Below, piece by piece: positions 20,167 through 30,130 of a stretch of 45,989 nucleotides of DNA; position 1 is the stretch's first letter; every line of letters begins with the position of its first letter. The translations under genes were made by a program, and so were the position numbers. The notes beneath the pieces were generated by a model. It made no database searches. It saw only the letters and a program-made list of their open reading frames with translations, and was not told the DNA's origin. This DNA is from Candidatus Hodarchaeota archaeon (GTDB taxonomy: Archaea > Asgardarchaeota > Heimdallarchaeia > Hodarchaeales > Hodarchaeaceae): contig JAHQWW010000021.1 in the NCBI GenBank assembly GCA_029856365.1, forward strand, positions 1-45,989. The letters run 5' to 3'.

Positions 20167-21171
20167 ATGAAAGCCCGACGGATAATTTTTCCTTCACCTG
20201 GCGAAGTAGAAGTTGAAGAATTTGATTTTAATACCCAAAATCTGAGAAACACCGATATTGCTATAAAAACAGATTACAGCATCATTAGTGCTGGAACAGA
20301 GCTAGCAATACTCGAGGGTATTGAGTCGTGGGCTCCTTTACCATTTGTCCCTGGATATGGCTCTGTTGGAGAAATTATTGCTCTAGGAAGGTCTGTTAAT
20401 CAATTTCAATTAGGTAACCGTGTGTTCACATTTGGTAAGCATGCTAGTAAAGGGTTAACATCTATACTTACGCTTCCAATACCAGATAGTTTAGATAGCT
20501 TAAAAGCCGTTATATCGAGAATGGCTGCAGTTTCAATCACTGCGAATCGCGTATCTCAAGCTGAATTAGGGGATTTTGTTTCTGTATTTGGTTTAGGTCT
20601 CGTTGGAAATTTATCAGCTCAATTTTTTTCTCTTTCTGGATGTGAAGTGATAGGGATTGATATTTCACAGCCAAGATTAGATTTAGCTAAAAAGTGTGGA
20701 ATAAAATATGTTATCAATCCCAGAAAAGAAGACGTTAATGACACAGTGTCCACTATTACTAATGGAAAGATGTGTACATCAGTAATTGAGGCAACTGGCG
20801 TACCTTCAGTAACTGAACAAGCAATTAGGTGTGCTGGTGTTTTGGGAGAACTGATTTTACTTGGAAGCCCAAGGGGTGAATATCAAAGCAATTTAACAGA
20901 CTTTCTCAACAGGAGTCATCTTATTTCAAATGGTTGTATAACAATTAAGGGAGCTCTGGAATGGCGCCTTCCAATAAACAAAAACTCATCATCGAAACAT
21001 TCTATTGAAAGAAATCTAGAAATTATCTTTAATTTAATTCAAAATAATAAATTGAAAGTTTCAAACCTTATTACTCATGTTTTAACCCCCTCGAAGTGTA
21101 AAGAAGCGTATGAAGGGCTAAAAAATAATAAAGATGAATTTATTGGCGTAATTTTCGATTGGAAAGAATAA
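20167..21171 (+). CDS. MDR-superfamily dehydrogenase (BchC/YcjQ-like subgroup; possible sugar dehydrogenase)
   Basis: ISAGTE, PGY..VG, GLGLVG Rossmann motif and IEATG. It lacks the 4-Cys structural Zn lobe. ATG 20167 is preferred over 20119. Confidence 0.85.
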   Translation: MKARRIIFPSPGEVEVEEFDFNTQNLRNTDIAIKTDYSIISAGTELAILEGIESWAPLPFVPGYGSVGEIIALGRSVNQFQLGNRVFTFGKHASKGLTSILTLPIPDSLDSLKAVISRMAAVSITANRVSQAELGDFVSVFGLGLVGNLSAQFFSLSGCEVIGIDISQPRLDLAKKCGIKYVINPRKEDVNDTVSTITNGKMCTSVIEATGVPSVTEQAIRCAGVLGELILLGSPRGEYQSNLTDFLNRSHLISNGCITIKGALEWRLPINKNSSSKHSIERNLEIIFNLIQNNKLKVSNLITHVLTPSKCKEAYEGLKNNKDEFIGVIFDWKE

Positions 21172-21258
21172 GAAATCACCAAAACTCCGATACATGTTTT
21201 CTTTTCCAATCGTAAAGTACACTTTTACATAGGAGGGTGATAAATCAATATTGTGGCT

Positions 21259-22050
21259 TCAAATCAAAGTAATGAGTCGTCCTGTCCAACCTATATTTAA
21301 CTGATTTACTCCGCTATAAGAATTTACATAACCGAATTCAATTCTTACTCTGTCATCTACTTCCACTTGTGAAATCTGTTCGTTCCACAAAACTAAAACG
21401 ATTTTACCCGTATCATCACCAAGCTCTGCATTTGTTATAGAGAGCATTTTTCCTGTAGATCGAGATCTTACTTTTCTAGGGGATGATATAGTAAGAATAA
21501 CCCCCTCTACGGTAACATTTTTCAATCCGTCTTTTAATTGCCCTACTTTCATCATCTCGTAAGGTGTCGATGAGTCCATTACCTTTTGGTACCAAATTCC
21601 TCTCCAATTGGATTCTCCCTTTTCCCATCCCACTTGTACAAACCCTAGCTTCTCGTAGAAATGCCTTGTCCTCACATTCCACTCTGGAGTTCCTAATGTC
21701 CAGAGTTGGGCATCAGGATACATTTCCCAAAGTAATTCCATAGCTCGGGAAGCAATACCTTTGTTATGATGAGGAGGATCAACGAAAATCCCTTCAAGGA
21801 CTCGGTGTTTTTTTCCCCTAGAAAAAATACCCCCAACAATGTTGTTGTTGAGGATTATTTTGTAGTAATCCATAAATCCCATAAATCGTCGTTGGGATGA
21901 TGGAGAGTCATAGCCTGGTGGGCCTCCAGGCCCAGATCCCCCTACTTTAGTATCACTGTCATAGGCTCTTCTTGATATGGACGCGAGCTCCTCAGCATCT
22001 CCCTCCTCTGCTCGTTCGAGTCTAATTTCAATCATATTCTCCATTCTCAA
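21259..22050 (-). CDS. GNAT acetyltransferase fused to a C-terminal SSB/RPA-type OB fold
   Basis: N-terminal GGPPGYDS, IFVDP.HHNKGIAS and N....HFYEKLGF. C-terminal MKVGQLKDGLKNVTVEG...LGDDTGKIVLVLWNEQ...V.IE.GYV..Y.G..QLNIG. Confidence 0.88.
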   Translation of the reverse strand: MRMENMIEIRLERAEEGDAEELASISRRAYDSDTKVGGSGPGGPPGYDSPSSQRRFMGFMDYYKIILNNNIVGGIFSRGKKHRVLEGIFVDPPHHNKGIASRAMELLWEMYPDAQLWTLGTPEWNVRTRHFYEKLGFVQVGWEKGESNWRGIWYQKVMDSSTPYEMMKVGQLKDGLKNVTVEGVILTISSPRKVRSRSTGKMLSITNAELGDDTGKIVLVLWNEQISQVEVDDRVRIEFGYVNSYSGVNQLNIGWTGRLITLI

Positions 22051-22209
22051 GTCTTAATTAGCAATTTTTTCATCGAATAATTGATAATGCCTATTCTTAG
22101 GTAACTGTATTAAGAACTCAGTTGTAAGTGATTGAAGAGTATTTCACGCCGATATTGCTGGTCTCAATAAATAAATAAAGGCCGTTATAAAATAGTTTAT
22201 TGAGGTAAA

Positions 22210-22587
22210 TTGCCATCAGTTAAATCATTTACTCAATTATTTGGTTTAAAAGTTAATACTGAAATAGATAATGAGATTTCTATTATTAAATATCAAATAG
22301 ATCATAATAGGGGGAAAAAAGGAGAATATATCTTCAATATAACAATTATCATTAAGATAAAGGGAGAAATGAATGAACAAATAAGTAAGGAAGTTCTTCC
22401 ACGATTTTTAGACTATTTAAATAAAACTGGAGGTCAAGATGGACGGATTATGCACACATCTTACGGTACTCCTTATGATTGTGCTATAGGGACAGTTATT
22501 GTGAAATCAATCATTGAAGATCAAGTAATTTTGGAATCAATAGGAAATTGTACTCGTAGATATGATTTACGAACTAAAAAAAGATGA
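22210..22587 (+). CDS. Hypothetical protein (start uncertain)
   Basis: 125-codon ORF that fills the gap, with a TTG start after GAGGT and an alternative ATG near 22369. No recognised motif. Confidence 0.5.
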   Translation: MPSVKSFTQLFGLKVNTEIDNEISIIKYQIDHNRGKKGEYIFNITIIIKIKGEMNEQISKEVLPRFLDYLNKTGGQDGRIMHTSYGTPYDCAIGTVIVKSIIEDQVILESIGNCTRRYDLRTKKR

Positions 22588-22588
22588 T

Positions 22589-23596
22589 TCAAGATAAAAC
22601 TAATGATTTCTTCAATTGTTCCTTCTTTTCAATATTTTTTTGTATCTTCTCCCATGACCAGAATATTACTCCATCTGAGGGAGTTTTAATTGCTTCTGTA
22701 ATCATCAGGCCAAATTCCTTCTTGGATATTTCAGCTTTCAAATAGCACTTTTCGACTTGTATGCTTGGTACAATCTTGTCTTTAGTCTGTTCATACATAT
22801 CTTTTACAACATCATGTATCCAAGATGGTTTTCTTCTAAGCATATGAGAATAGCACATTGGAGATATAAAATCAACAATCTTCGCAATTTCTGTGAGATC
22901 TTGACCTGCTATCTTTTTAATTGCCCCACCAAAGTCGTCTTTCCTCCAAGGAACGACATGAACATTAATCAAAATCTTTGGTTTTATTTTTCTTACTTCC
23001 TCTGTGATTTCTTGTATTAAACTGTAAACTACATCACATTTCCATTTCGTCCATTTAGTAGCGTAATTTTTCAGAATAAATTTAGCCATTATATGTGTGT
23101 CCATAATACCCTCTGGTAATATTACTTCAGTATCTTCCTGGAACTTCTTTAAACAATAAGAGCAAAAACAGCAATTAGGAATAGAATCTAAGGTCCTCTC
23201 AGGATATATTTTTTCCCAGTACACGAAATATCGAATGAAATCTAAACTTAAACCATCTGGATTTAGCTCTGTAATAATCTTGCTTATTTCTTCAATTTTT
23301 TTTGCCCTGTATTCCTTTCGTGTTGGACATACGAACCTCACCCATTCTTCTATCGCTTTTTCCCCCTCATTAGTTATAGAATACAATCCAGGGTTCATCT
23401 CAAGAGCCTCTGGATCATAAAAAATTGGAAATATGACAAAAACATTTATATCGTTATCTTTGGCTAATTGTCTGAACTCAAGGTTGGAATACAAAGAAGT
23501 ACTTACAAAAATTGAATTGAAGTTAAGAAAACGCCATTTTTCAAATATATCTTTTTGATTTCCTTGTAAATTATATACTTTAGTTCCAATCAGCAA
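22589..23596 (-). CDS. Putative glycoside hydrolase-like TIM barrel (GHL10/DUF187-like)
   Basis: FVCPT..EYR, DGLSLDFIRY, CCFCSYC cluster, GQD, VDFISPMCY and DGVIFWSW. Confidence 0.65.
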   Translation of the reverse strand: MLIGTKVYNLQGNQKDIFEKWRFLNFNSIFVSTSLYSNLEFRQLAKDNDINVFVIFPIFYDPEALEMNPGLYSITNEGEKAIEEWVRFVCPTRKEYRAKKIEEISKIITELNPDGLSLDFIRYFVYWEKIYPERTLDSIPNCCFCSYCLKKFQEDTEVILPEGIMDTHIMAKFILKNYATKWTKWKCDVVYSLIQEITEEVRKIKPKILINVHVVPWRKDDFGGAIKKIAGQDLTEIAKIVDFISPMCYSHMLRRKPSWIHDVVKDMYEQTKDKIVPSIQVEKCYLKAEISKKEFGLMITEAIKTPSDGVIFWSWEKIQKNIEKKEQLKKSLVLS

Positions 23597-23638
23597 TTCA
23601 TTTCCTTCTCTGTCTTTCCTAGATAATCTATCCTCAAA

Positions 23639-24436
23639 TTAATCTCTTTTCTGAGCTATAATAAAGAAACGATGTAAAATTGAATCAAAATATCCATTGT
23701 CAATCAATTTTATGTAATAATTATACAGCTGGTTCTCATATTTTTCTATTGAAAAGTTAGGGAACTCCCACGGAAGAACCTTTAACAGAAAAACTAGAGT
23801 TCGAATATCATAAAACCGACTAATACCAAAATGTTCCTTTGTTACAAGTAGGGCGAAGTGGTTGCGTTTTAAATGGTCAATGGCGGTTTTTAGATTCCAG
23901 ATGAAATTATCCTCGGGCTTAATTGACCCAAACCTCATTCTTAAATCTTCATTGTTTCTATAACCTACTTGTTGAGTAATAAATATTCCCTTCGGTTTAA
24001 TGATTCTAAAGATTTCTTTTGATTCGTAACATTCATGACGATTAATAGCAAAATCAAAAAATTCATCTTCAAATGGTAAAGGGGATTCTTCCTGTTTTCC
24101 TTCATCTAACTCAACGACCTTGATCCCTAGTGGTTCTAATCTTTCTTTAGCAATACAAACATTCGGTTTATATGCTTCTGTCGCATAAGTATGTTTTGGT
24201 AATGGGCTTAAATTTGACAAGAATTCTCCTCCACCAGTACCCATATCAAGCATATAATTAGAATTCTGTATATAATTGCTGATAGCAACAATATAGCTCC
24301 AAGGAAGTAGATCTTCTGGATTACCTCCATATCTAGAGAGATATGAGAAATCCCAACCTGAAAAAGGAGCCTCAGCAGCTTCTTTAACACAATTTCTGAA
24401 GTGTTCCCTATCATACGCCTTTTCTGACATTTTCAA
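23639..24436 (-). CDS. Class I SAM-dependent methyltransferase
   Basis: FSGWDFS, LDMGTGGGE, LPFEDEFFD and RIIKPKGIFITQQVG. Confidence 0.9.
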   Translation of the reverse strand: MKMSEKAYDREHFRNCVKEAAEAPFSGWDFSYLSRYGGNPEDLLPWSYIVAISNYIQNSNYMLDMGTGGGEFLSNLSPLPKHTYATEAYKPNVCIAKERLEPLGIKVVELDEGKQEESPLPFEDEFFDFAINRHECYESKEIFRIIKPKGIFITQQVGYRNNEDLRMRFGSIKPEDNFIWNLKTAIDHLKRNHFALLVTKEHFGISRFYDIRTLVFLLKVLPWEFPNFSIEKYENQLYNYYIKLIDNGYFDSILHRFFIIAQKRD

Positions 24437-24656
24437 AACACAATCCTCTCTTAATCAGACTTAGCTTATAAAATAGATGTGAATTAACTAATGTGTGTCA
24501 ACTTGCCAATTACTATATTTTAAAAAACCATTTCTAACAATCTGAGTGTACAGAAATAAGAAAAAATAATTTCAACTTCAATTTAAACCAACTCTCAATA
24601 CCCAATATTTAGGTTAAAACAAATAAACTACATTATTACTTAAGTGGTGACTATAT

Positions 24657-26954
24657 TTGACCAATATAAAGTCTCTAATGTTACAGCTAACTTTAGAAGA
24701 GAAAGCAGCCCTGTGTACTGGCTTAGGCCCATGGCAAACTGTCGATGTGGAACGACTTGGAATTCCCAGAATTACTATGAGTGATGGTCCTCATGGAGTA
24801 CGGAAAGTGAAAAACATAGAAGATTTTGGCTTAGCTGAGAGTATTCCTGCAACATGTTATCCTCCCGCGGCGGCTTTAGCAGCAACATGGAACAGAGAGC
24901 TAATACAGAAGGTGGGTGAACATTTAGGAGACGAATGTATTTCTCTAGATGTGGATGTATTACTCGGCCCAGGAGTCAACATAAAACGAACACCTTTGTG
25001 TGGACGGAATTTTGAATATTATTCAGAGGATCCCTATCTAGCAGGAGTACTAGGAGCTATTTTCGTAAAAGGTGTTCAGAGTAAGGGTGTTGGTACCTCG
25101 TTAAAACATTACACAGCTAATAATCAAGAATATCAAAGGTTCACCATCAGCGCAGAAATTGATACCCGAACGTTAAAAGAAATTTATTTACCAGCTTTTG
25201 AGAAAGTTGTAAAAGAATCCCAACCATGGACCGTTATGTGTGCTTATAACAAAATTAATGGGATTTTTGCTTCCGAACATTATGATCTTTTAACTAGAAT
25301 ATTGAGATCCGAATGGAACTTTGAGGGATTTGTTGTTTCTGATTGGGGAGCGGTTCATAATCGTGTTGATGCACTCAAAGGAGGATTGGATCTTCAAATG
25401 CCTGGTCCCAACGATAGAGATGTCCAAAAGGTCATTGAGGCCGTTAGGAATAATACACTTGATGAGAAAGTTTTGAATCAAGCTGTTGAACGTCTTTTGA
25501 AAATCATTTTTCAGGCTAAAGAAATTAAAAAAGGCCATTTTGAATTTGATAAAGAAAAACATCATGCATTCGCTCGTAAAGTAGCAACAGAAGGTATCAT
25601 CTTACTTAAGAATGAAAATAATCTTTTGCCAATAAAAAACGTATCTTCAATCGCCATAATCGGAGGGATGGCAAAAGAACCTCGCTTCCAAGGTGGAGGT
25701 AGCTCTTTAATCAATCCAACAAAAATCGATATTCCTTTCGATGAAATTGAGAAAATATTAGGGGAAAATGTCCACCTTGAATATGCTGCCGGTTACGCTA
25801 AAGATAGTGGTGATAAAACATTAATCAATGAAGCTTGTGATGTAGCTAAGCAGGCAGATGTTGTAATATTATTTTCTGGCTTACCTTTCGAACATGAATC
25901 CGAGGGATTTGATCGAAAAACCATTGATTTGCCTGAAAGCCATATTGAACTGATAAAAGCAGCGACAAACGTAAATCCTAAAACCATTCTTGTCTTAAGC
26001 AATGGTTCTGCGATTAATATGCATCAATGGATTAATGACGTTCCAGCAGTTCTTGAAACCTATTTACTTGGCCAGGCAGGTGGAGGAGCAATCTCTGATG
26101 TCTTGTTTGGCAAAGAAAACCCTTCTGGAAAGTTAACAGAAACTTTCCCAGTAAGATTAGAACATAATCCCGCTTATTTGAACTATCCTGGAGAGGCTGG
26201 AAAAGTAAGATATGGAGAGGGTCTCTATGTTGGTTACCGATATTATGATAAAAAAGAAATCGAACCTATCTTTCCTTTTGGATTTGGATTAAGCTATACT
26301 ACTTTCTCTTACTCAAATTTAACAGTTTCCAAGAAAACATTCAAAGACATTGAGGGCGTAACCGTAAATGTTGATATAACTAATACAGGAGAAGTTCCTG
26401 GAAAAGAAATTGTGCAATTGTACATCCACCAATCTAATCCTAAAGTCGACCGACCATTCAAAGAGCTAAAAGGGTTTAGTAAAGTAGAATTACAGCCTAA
26501 TGAAACAAAGACAGCTACGTTCTACTTAGATTCTCGCTCTTTTGCTTATTATAGTGTTAATTATAATTCTTGGATTTGGGAAGCAGGAGAATATGACATT
26601 TTAATTGGGGCATCATCTAAAGATATTCGATTAAATACTACTGTAACGTTGGAATCTACACAAGAATTATCCAGCATCTTAAACATGGACTCTACAATAC
26701 GTGATTGGATTAATGATCCAAAAGGAAAACCCATTATCGATGAAATTATGACTCAGCGAGTTAACTATATAAAATCGCATAATCCTGATTTAGAAATTGA
26801 TGAAGAACAGATGAAAGAAGAACTTCTAAGCTCAGCTATTGACTTACCCTTATTACGAGTATTCAAATTTGCTGAAAATCTTCTTCCTATGCCTGCAGAG
26901 GATCTTGTTAAACTCTTCTTAACTCGAGTAGGGGTTAACAATGAAGAAAAATGA
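24657..26954 (+). CDS. GH3 beta-glucosidase (BglB/BglX-like, Fn3 C-terminal domain)
   Basis: SDGPHG, GRNFEYYSEDP, LKHY, nucleophile VVSDWG, ESEGFDR, GEGLYVGYRYYD and PFGFGLSYTTF. No signal peptide. Confidence 0.95.
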   Translation: MTNIKSLMLQLTLEEKAALCTGLGPWQTVDVERLGIPRITMSDGPHGVRKVKNIEDFGLAESIPATCYPPAAALAATWNRELIQKVGEHLGDECISLDVDVLLGPGVNIKRTPLCGRNFEYYSEDPYLAGVLGAIFVKGVQSKGVGTSLKHYTANNQEYQRFTISAEIDTRTLKEIYLPAFEKVVKESQPWTVMCAYNKINGIFASEHYDLLTRILRSEWNFEGFVVSDWGAVHNRVDALKGGLDLQMPGPNDRDVQKVIEAVRNNTLDEKVLNQAVERLLKIIFQAKEIKKGHFEFDKEKHHAFARKVATEGIILLKNENNLLPIKNVSSIAIIGGMAKEPRFQGGGSSLINPTKIDIPFDEIEKILGENVHLEYAAGYAKDSGDKTLINEACDVAKQADVVILFSGLPFEHESEGFDRKTIDLPESHIELIKAATNVNPKTILVLSNGSAINMHQWINDVPAVLETYLLGQAGGGAISDVLFGKENPSGKLTETFPVRLEHNPAYLNYPGEAGKVRYGEGLYVGYRYYDKKEIEPIFPFGFGLSYTTFSYSNLTVSKKTFKDIEGVTVNVDITNTGEVPGKEIVQLYIHQSNPKVDRPFKELKGFSKVELQPNETKTATFYLDSRSFAYYSVNYNSWIWEAGEYDILIGASSKDIRLNTTVTLESTQELSSILNMDSTIRDWINDPKGKPIIDEIMTQRVNYIKSHNPDLEIDEEQMKEELLSSAIDLPLLRVFKFAENLLPMPAEDLVKLFLTRVGVNNEEK

Positions 26955-27032
26955 CTTAGCCTAATAATAATCGCATAACTTCAGATGTATCAGCTTTGGA
27001 AGTAAATAAATTCTAAGTTATAAGGAGAAGTT

Positions 27033-28016
27033 TCACCATGGAGGATGATAAAGCCCATGGATGTCAGGTTTATTGTTAAGTATCTCCTCTATCTGTTTTA
27101 GAGTTTCATCATCGAGTTTTAATCCTGATGCTTGCGCGTTAGATGCAATATGTTGAGGTTTAGTTGCACCTGTGATCGCACAACTTATTTCTTGATTCCT
27201 TAAAATCCAAGCAAGTGCCAATTGAGACATTTGAATATTTAGTTTGTCAGCTATCGGCTGAAGTTGTTTCACTATGTCAATATTTGTTGATGTTAAATCC
27301 CATCTAAGCCAATCAGTAGTAGCTCCCCTACTCTCCTTAGGGATACCCTCATTATACTTCCCTGTCAAGACTCCTTGGCACAAAGGTGAAAAACACACAA
27401 TACCCATACCATTACGTTTACAAGTTTCCATGACACCCTGAGGTAATTCGATATAACGATTCAACATATGATATTGAGGTTGTTCTACAACTGGGGGATG
27501 ACAACCGAGATTTTTTGCCATCCAAAAAGCTCTTTCTAGTTGCACTCCTGGCCACACAGAGGTTCCCCAATAATGGATAAGTCCCTTGTCTATAAGATCT
27601 GACATTGTCCGAATTGTTTCTTCAAGTGGAGTATACCTATCAAATCTGTGACAGAAATAAATATCTAAGTAGCCTGTATTAAGACGGTCTAATGTGTCTT
27701 CAATTGATTCCATAATGTGTTTTCGACTTAATCCCTTATCATTAACTCCTTTAGACATGGGCCAAAACACTTTACTACTTATTACTAGGTCCTTTCGGTT
27801 GTAATTTTCTTCTTGAATTATCTCACCAATCACTCTTTCTGCTTTTCCTCCACTATAAACATCAGCGAGATCTATGAAATTTATGCCATGTTCAATGGCT
27901 TTATTCACACATTCTCTGCTATTAGCCTTATCTTGGGATCCTCCATAAGTTAACCAAGCACCTAAACTTATCTCACTTATTTTCAAACCTGTTTTACCCA
28001 CATGACGGTATTCCAT
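27033..28016 (-). CDS. Aldo/keto reductase (Kv-beta-like subgroup)
   Basis: ISEISLGAWLT, DLADVY, SSKVFW, GLSRKHI, YFCHRFD and FSPLCQGVLTGKY. Confidence 0.93.
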   Translation of the reverse strand: MEYRHVGKTGLKISEISLGAWLTYGGSQDKANSRECVNKAIEHGINFIDLADVYSGGKAERVIGEIIQEENYNRKDLVISSKVFWPMSKGVNDKGLSRKHIMESIEDTLDRLNTGYLDIYFCHRFDRYTPLEETIRTMSDLIDKGLIHYWGTSVWPGVQLERAFWMAKNLGCHPPVVEQPQYHMLNRYIELPQGVMETCKRNGMGIVCFSPLCQGVLTGKYNEGIPKESRGATTDWLRWDLTSTNIDIVKQLQPIADKLNIQMSQLALAWILRNQEISCAITGATKPQHIASNAQASGLKLDDETLKQIEEILNNKPDIHGLYHPPW

Positions 28017-28057
28017 TTATTTCACCTTATAGAATAAATAAATATAAAAAAAAATGA

Positions 28058-29407
28058 TTAAATTTTTGTATATGTTTTAATAATATCGATGATCGCGGGC
28101 CATTGGTCACAATTCTCTAAAAGAAAAGACTCTGGATAAGTCATCAGTTCCTCAGCGGGGATTTTTTGAAAGATATCATTGTAGCGATTACAGAAAACTA
28201 GTTGGTTGTTTGCTAATAGGCGGAAGTTGAGCTTCCGCTGGAGATTCTTCGGTAAATGGACCAAATTCAAATCTTTCAACACATTATTCAAAATTAGATA
28301 TTTTTCGAACTCTTCTTCAAATTTCCATTCTCCTGACGCAAAGGTTGAAAATTTCATCCATTGAGAATCAGTTTTTGGATGGATACATCCCATGCTTCGA
28401 GCATCTTTGTAAGTCCAAATAGACCAGGATATATCATGTTTTTCTAACACTGCAATTGTGTCACGCAGCAATGATTCGTGTATTTTGCGATCGCCTTTTT
28501 TTAAGGAAATTCCTGTTTCACCACACCATAGAGGACGTTTTAATTCATTTTTAACGAAATTAATTTCACCATCCCCAAAAATGGCCCTTTCAATTTGATT
28601 TATCTGTTCTTCTCTTCTCTTTTCTTGGTTTATTTCTAAATTGTCAGTGAATATCCAGGGATAATAATGAAATGAATAGGCAACATTTGGATCGTCATAG
28701 GGGGTGTATTCTCTAAAGAAATGCGCATAAAAATCTCCTTCAATAAAGAAAACATGATTTCTATCTACTTTTCGTAATTCTTGTACTAAATCATGATAGA
28801 AATTATCAACAATCTTCCCTTTAGGTTCGTAATAGCATGGTTCGTTCATTAAATCATATGCTGCGACCCATGGATTAGTACTATAATGACTCCCAATATA
28901 TTTCCATAATTGGATGACCCTTTTCTGAAATTCCTTATGTTCCCAAAAAAGAGCCTCACCTGTTGTATTATCTGAATGCCAATCTGGATTTTGGCCACCT
29001 GGTGCAGCGTGAAGGTCTAAAATTGCATATATTTTGTATTTCTCACATAATTTCAGGATACGATCTAACTGTTGAAAACCGTTTGGATTATATGAATAAG
29101 GGGTGAGGTCAGATTCAAAAAGACGATAATTATATGAGAGCCTAATGGAATTAACACCAATTGCATTAAGGAACTGAAAATCTCTTTCATTGATATAGCA
29201 CATATAGTACTTTTCCCAGAATTCACTGGCTTTTTTTGGCCCATAAGCATGTTCAAGGGCTCCCCTTAATTGGGATTCTGATCCAGGAAGGCCAATCATG
29301 AAGTGTTCTATATTCAACCAGTTTCCAACCCCAAATCCTCTAAATGTAATCTTTTTTCCATTTATAACAAAATTTGAGCCATCTACTCTAATAAAGGTAG
29401 AATCCAT
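28058..29407 (-). CDS. GH5 glycoside hydrolase (GH5_22-like; exo-beta-glycosidase/xylosidase-type)
   Basis: GNWLNIEHFMIG, LDLHAAPGGQNPDWHSDN, acid/base MNEP, YSFHYY, nucleophile WCGETG and WTYKD. No signal peptide. Confidence 0.85.
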   Translation of the reverse strand: MDSTFIRVDGSNFVINGKKITFRGFGVGNWLNIEHFMIGLPGSESQLRGALEHAYGPKKASEFWEKYYMCYINERDFQFLNAIGVNSIRLSYNYRLFESDLTPYSYNPNGFQQLDRILKLCEKYKIYAILDLHAAPGGQNPDWHSDNTTGEALFWEHKEFQKRVIQLWKYIGSHYSTNPWVAAYDLMNEPCYYEPKGKIVDNFYHDLVQELRKVDRNHVFFIEGDFYAHFFREYTPYDDPNVAYSFHYYPWIFTDNLEINQEKRREEQINQIERAIFGDGEINFVKNELKRPLWCGETGISLKKGDRKIHESLLRDTIAVLEKHDISWSIWTYKDARSMGCIHPKTDSQWMKFSTFASGEWKFEEEFEKYLILNNVLKDLNLVHLPKNLQRKLNFRLLANNQLVFCNRYNDIFQKIPAEELMTYPESFLLENCDQWPAIIDIIKTYTKI

Positions 29408-29780
29408 TATTTAGACACCTTTTTCTGTTTATTTAAACATTAATTCTACTTGTCATACTTGAGGAGAAAAACATAGAGGTTTAATGGATGATGGATCTCT
29501 GGATAACCAAGGATAAGTAACTACACCCATAAAACTGATCTCCATTTCTCTAAAACTGTTTGTGTTAAACAAAGAAAGAATGGTTCTTAATTTTATTGGA
29601 GAAATAAAAGCTCCTTTCCATTTTAAAGAGTATTTAGCGCATAAGACTGAAAATAAGCCGTGATGCTTTGGTTGGGGGATTACTCAAAGGATTGAAACTG
29701 ACTTAAAATTGCTGCAACAAGTAGAAATACTATCGATTCCACACTTCCTGTATTATCGTTTCCCAATATTGCCATACTGA

Positions 29781-30089
29781 GATGGATAGAAGGTAAATGT
29801 ACAACAGCCAGGGCAGTTAACAGTTGATAGAATGGGGTATTATCCCATTTATAGTATTTCAAACACTGCTGTGAATGCAATAACGAAAAATTTAGCACCC
29901 GAGCTTAAGCATACAAATATTATGGTGTTCTCCGTTGTTCCTGGATGAGTGAAAACAGATTTGGGAGGACCAAATGCACCTCTATCTATTGAAGAAGGGA
30001 TTATAACTCCAATATATTTAGCCACAGAATCAGCAGATAACTTAAAAATAAGAGAATTTTATTAGGAGAAAAGAATTCTTGGATGGTAA
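29781..30089 (+). pseudogene. Degenerate short-chain dehydrogenase/reductase (carbonyl reductase-like), C-terminal remnant
   Basis: Manual translation: ..VNV..PGQL...YPIYSISNTAVNAITKNLAPELKHTNIMVFSVVPG*VKTDLGGPNAPLSIEEGIITPIYLAT...FY*EKRILGW*. Stops at 29787, 29946 and 30063; catalytic YxxxK is changed to YxxxN. Confidence 0.8.
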
Positions 30090-30130
30090 GAGTAAATAGA
30101 TACTTAATTTGGTTCAAATATTAAAGAGGG

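Noticed and set aside
27033-28016. Kv-beta-like AKR as a eukaryotic signature protein
   Set aside because: This AKR subgroup is widespread in bacteria and archaea, and no channel gene is adjacent.
29680-29898. 72-aa minus-strand ORF in the GH5-AKR gap
   Set aside because: It has no recognisable motif and overlaps the plus-strand SDR remnant in antisense.
29946-29948. In-frame TGA at a conserved Trp, suggesting genetic code 4 or selenocysteine
   Set aside because: The same remnant has TAG stops and a lost catalytic Lys. Intact genes here use TGG for Trp and TGA as a stop.
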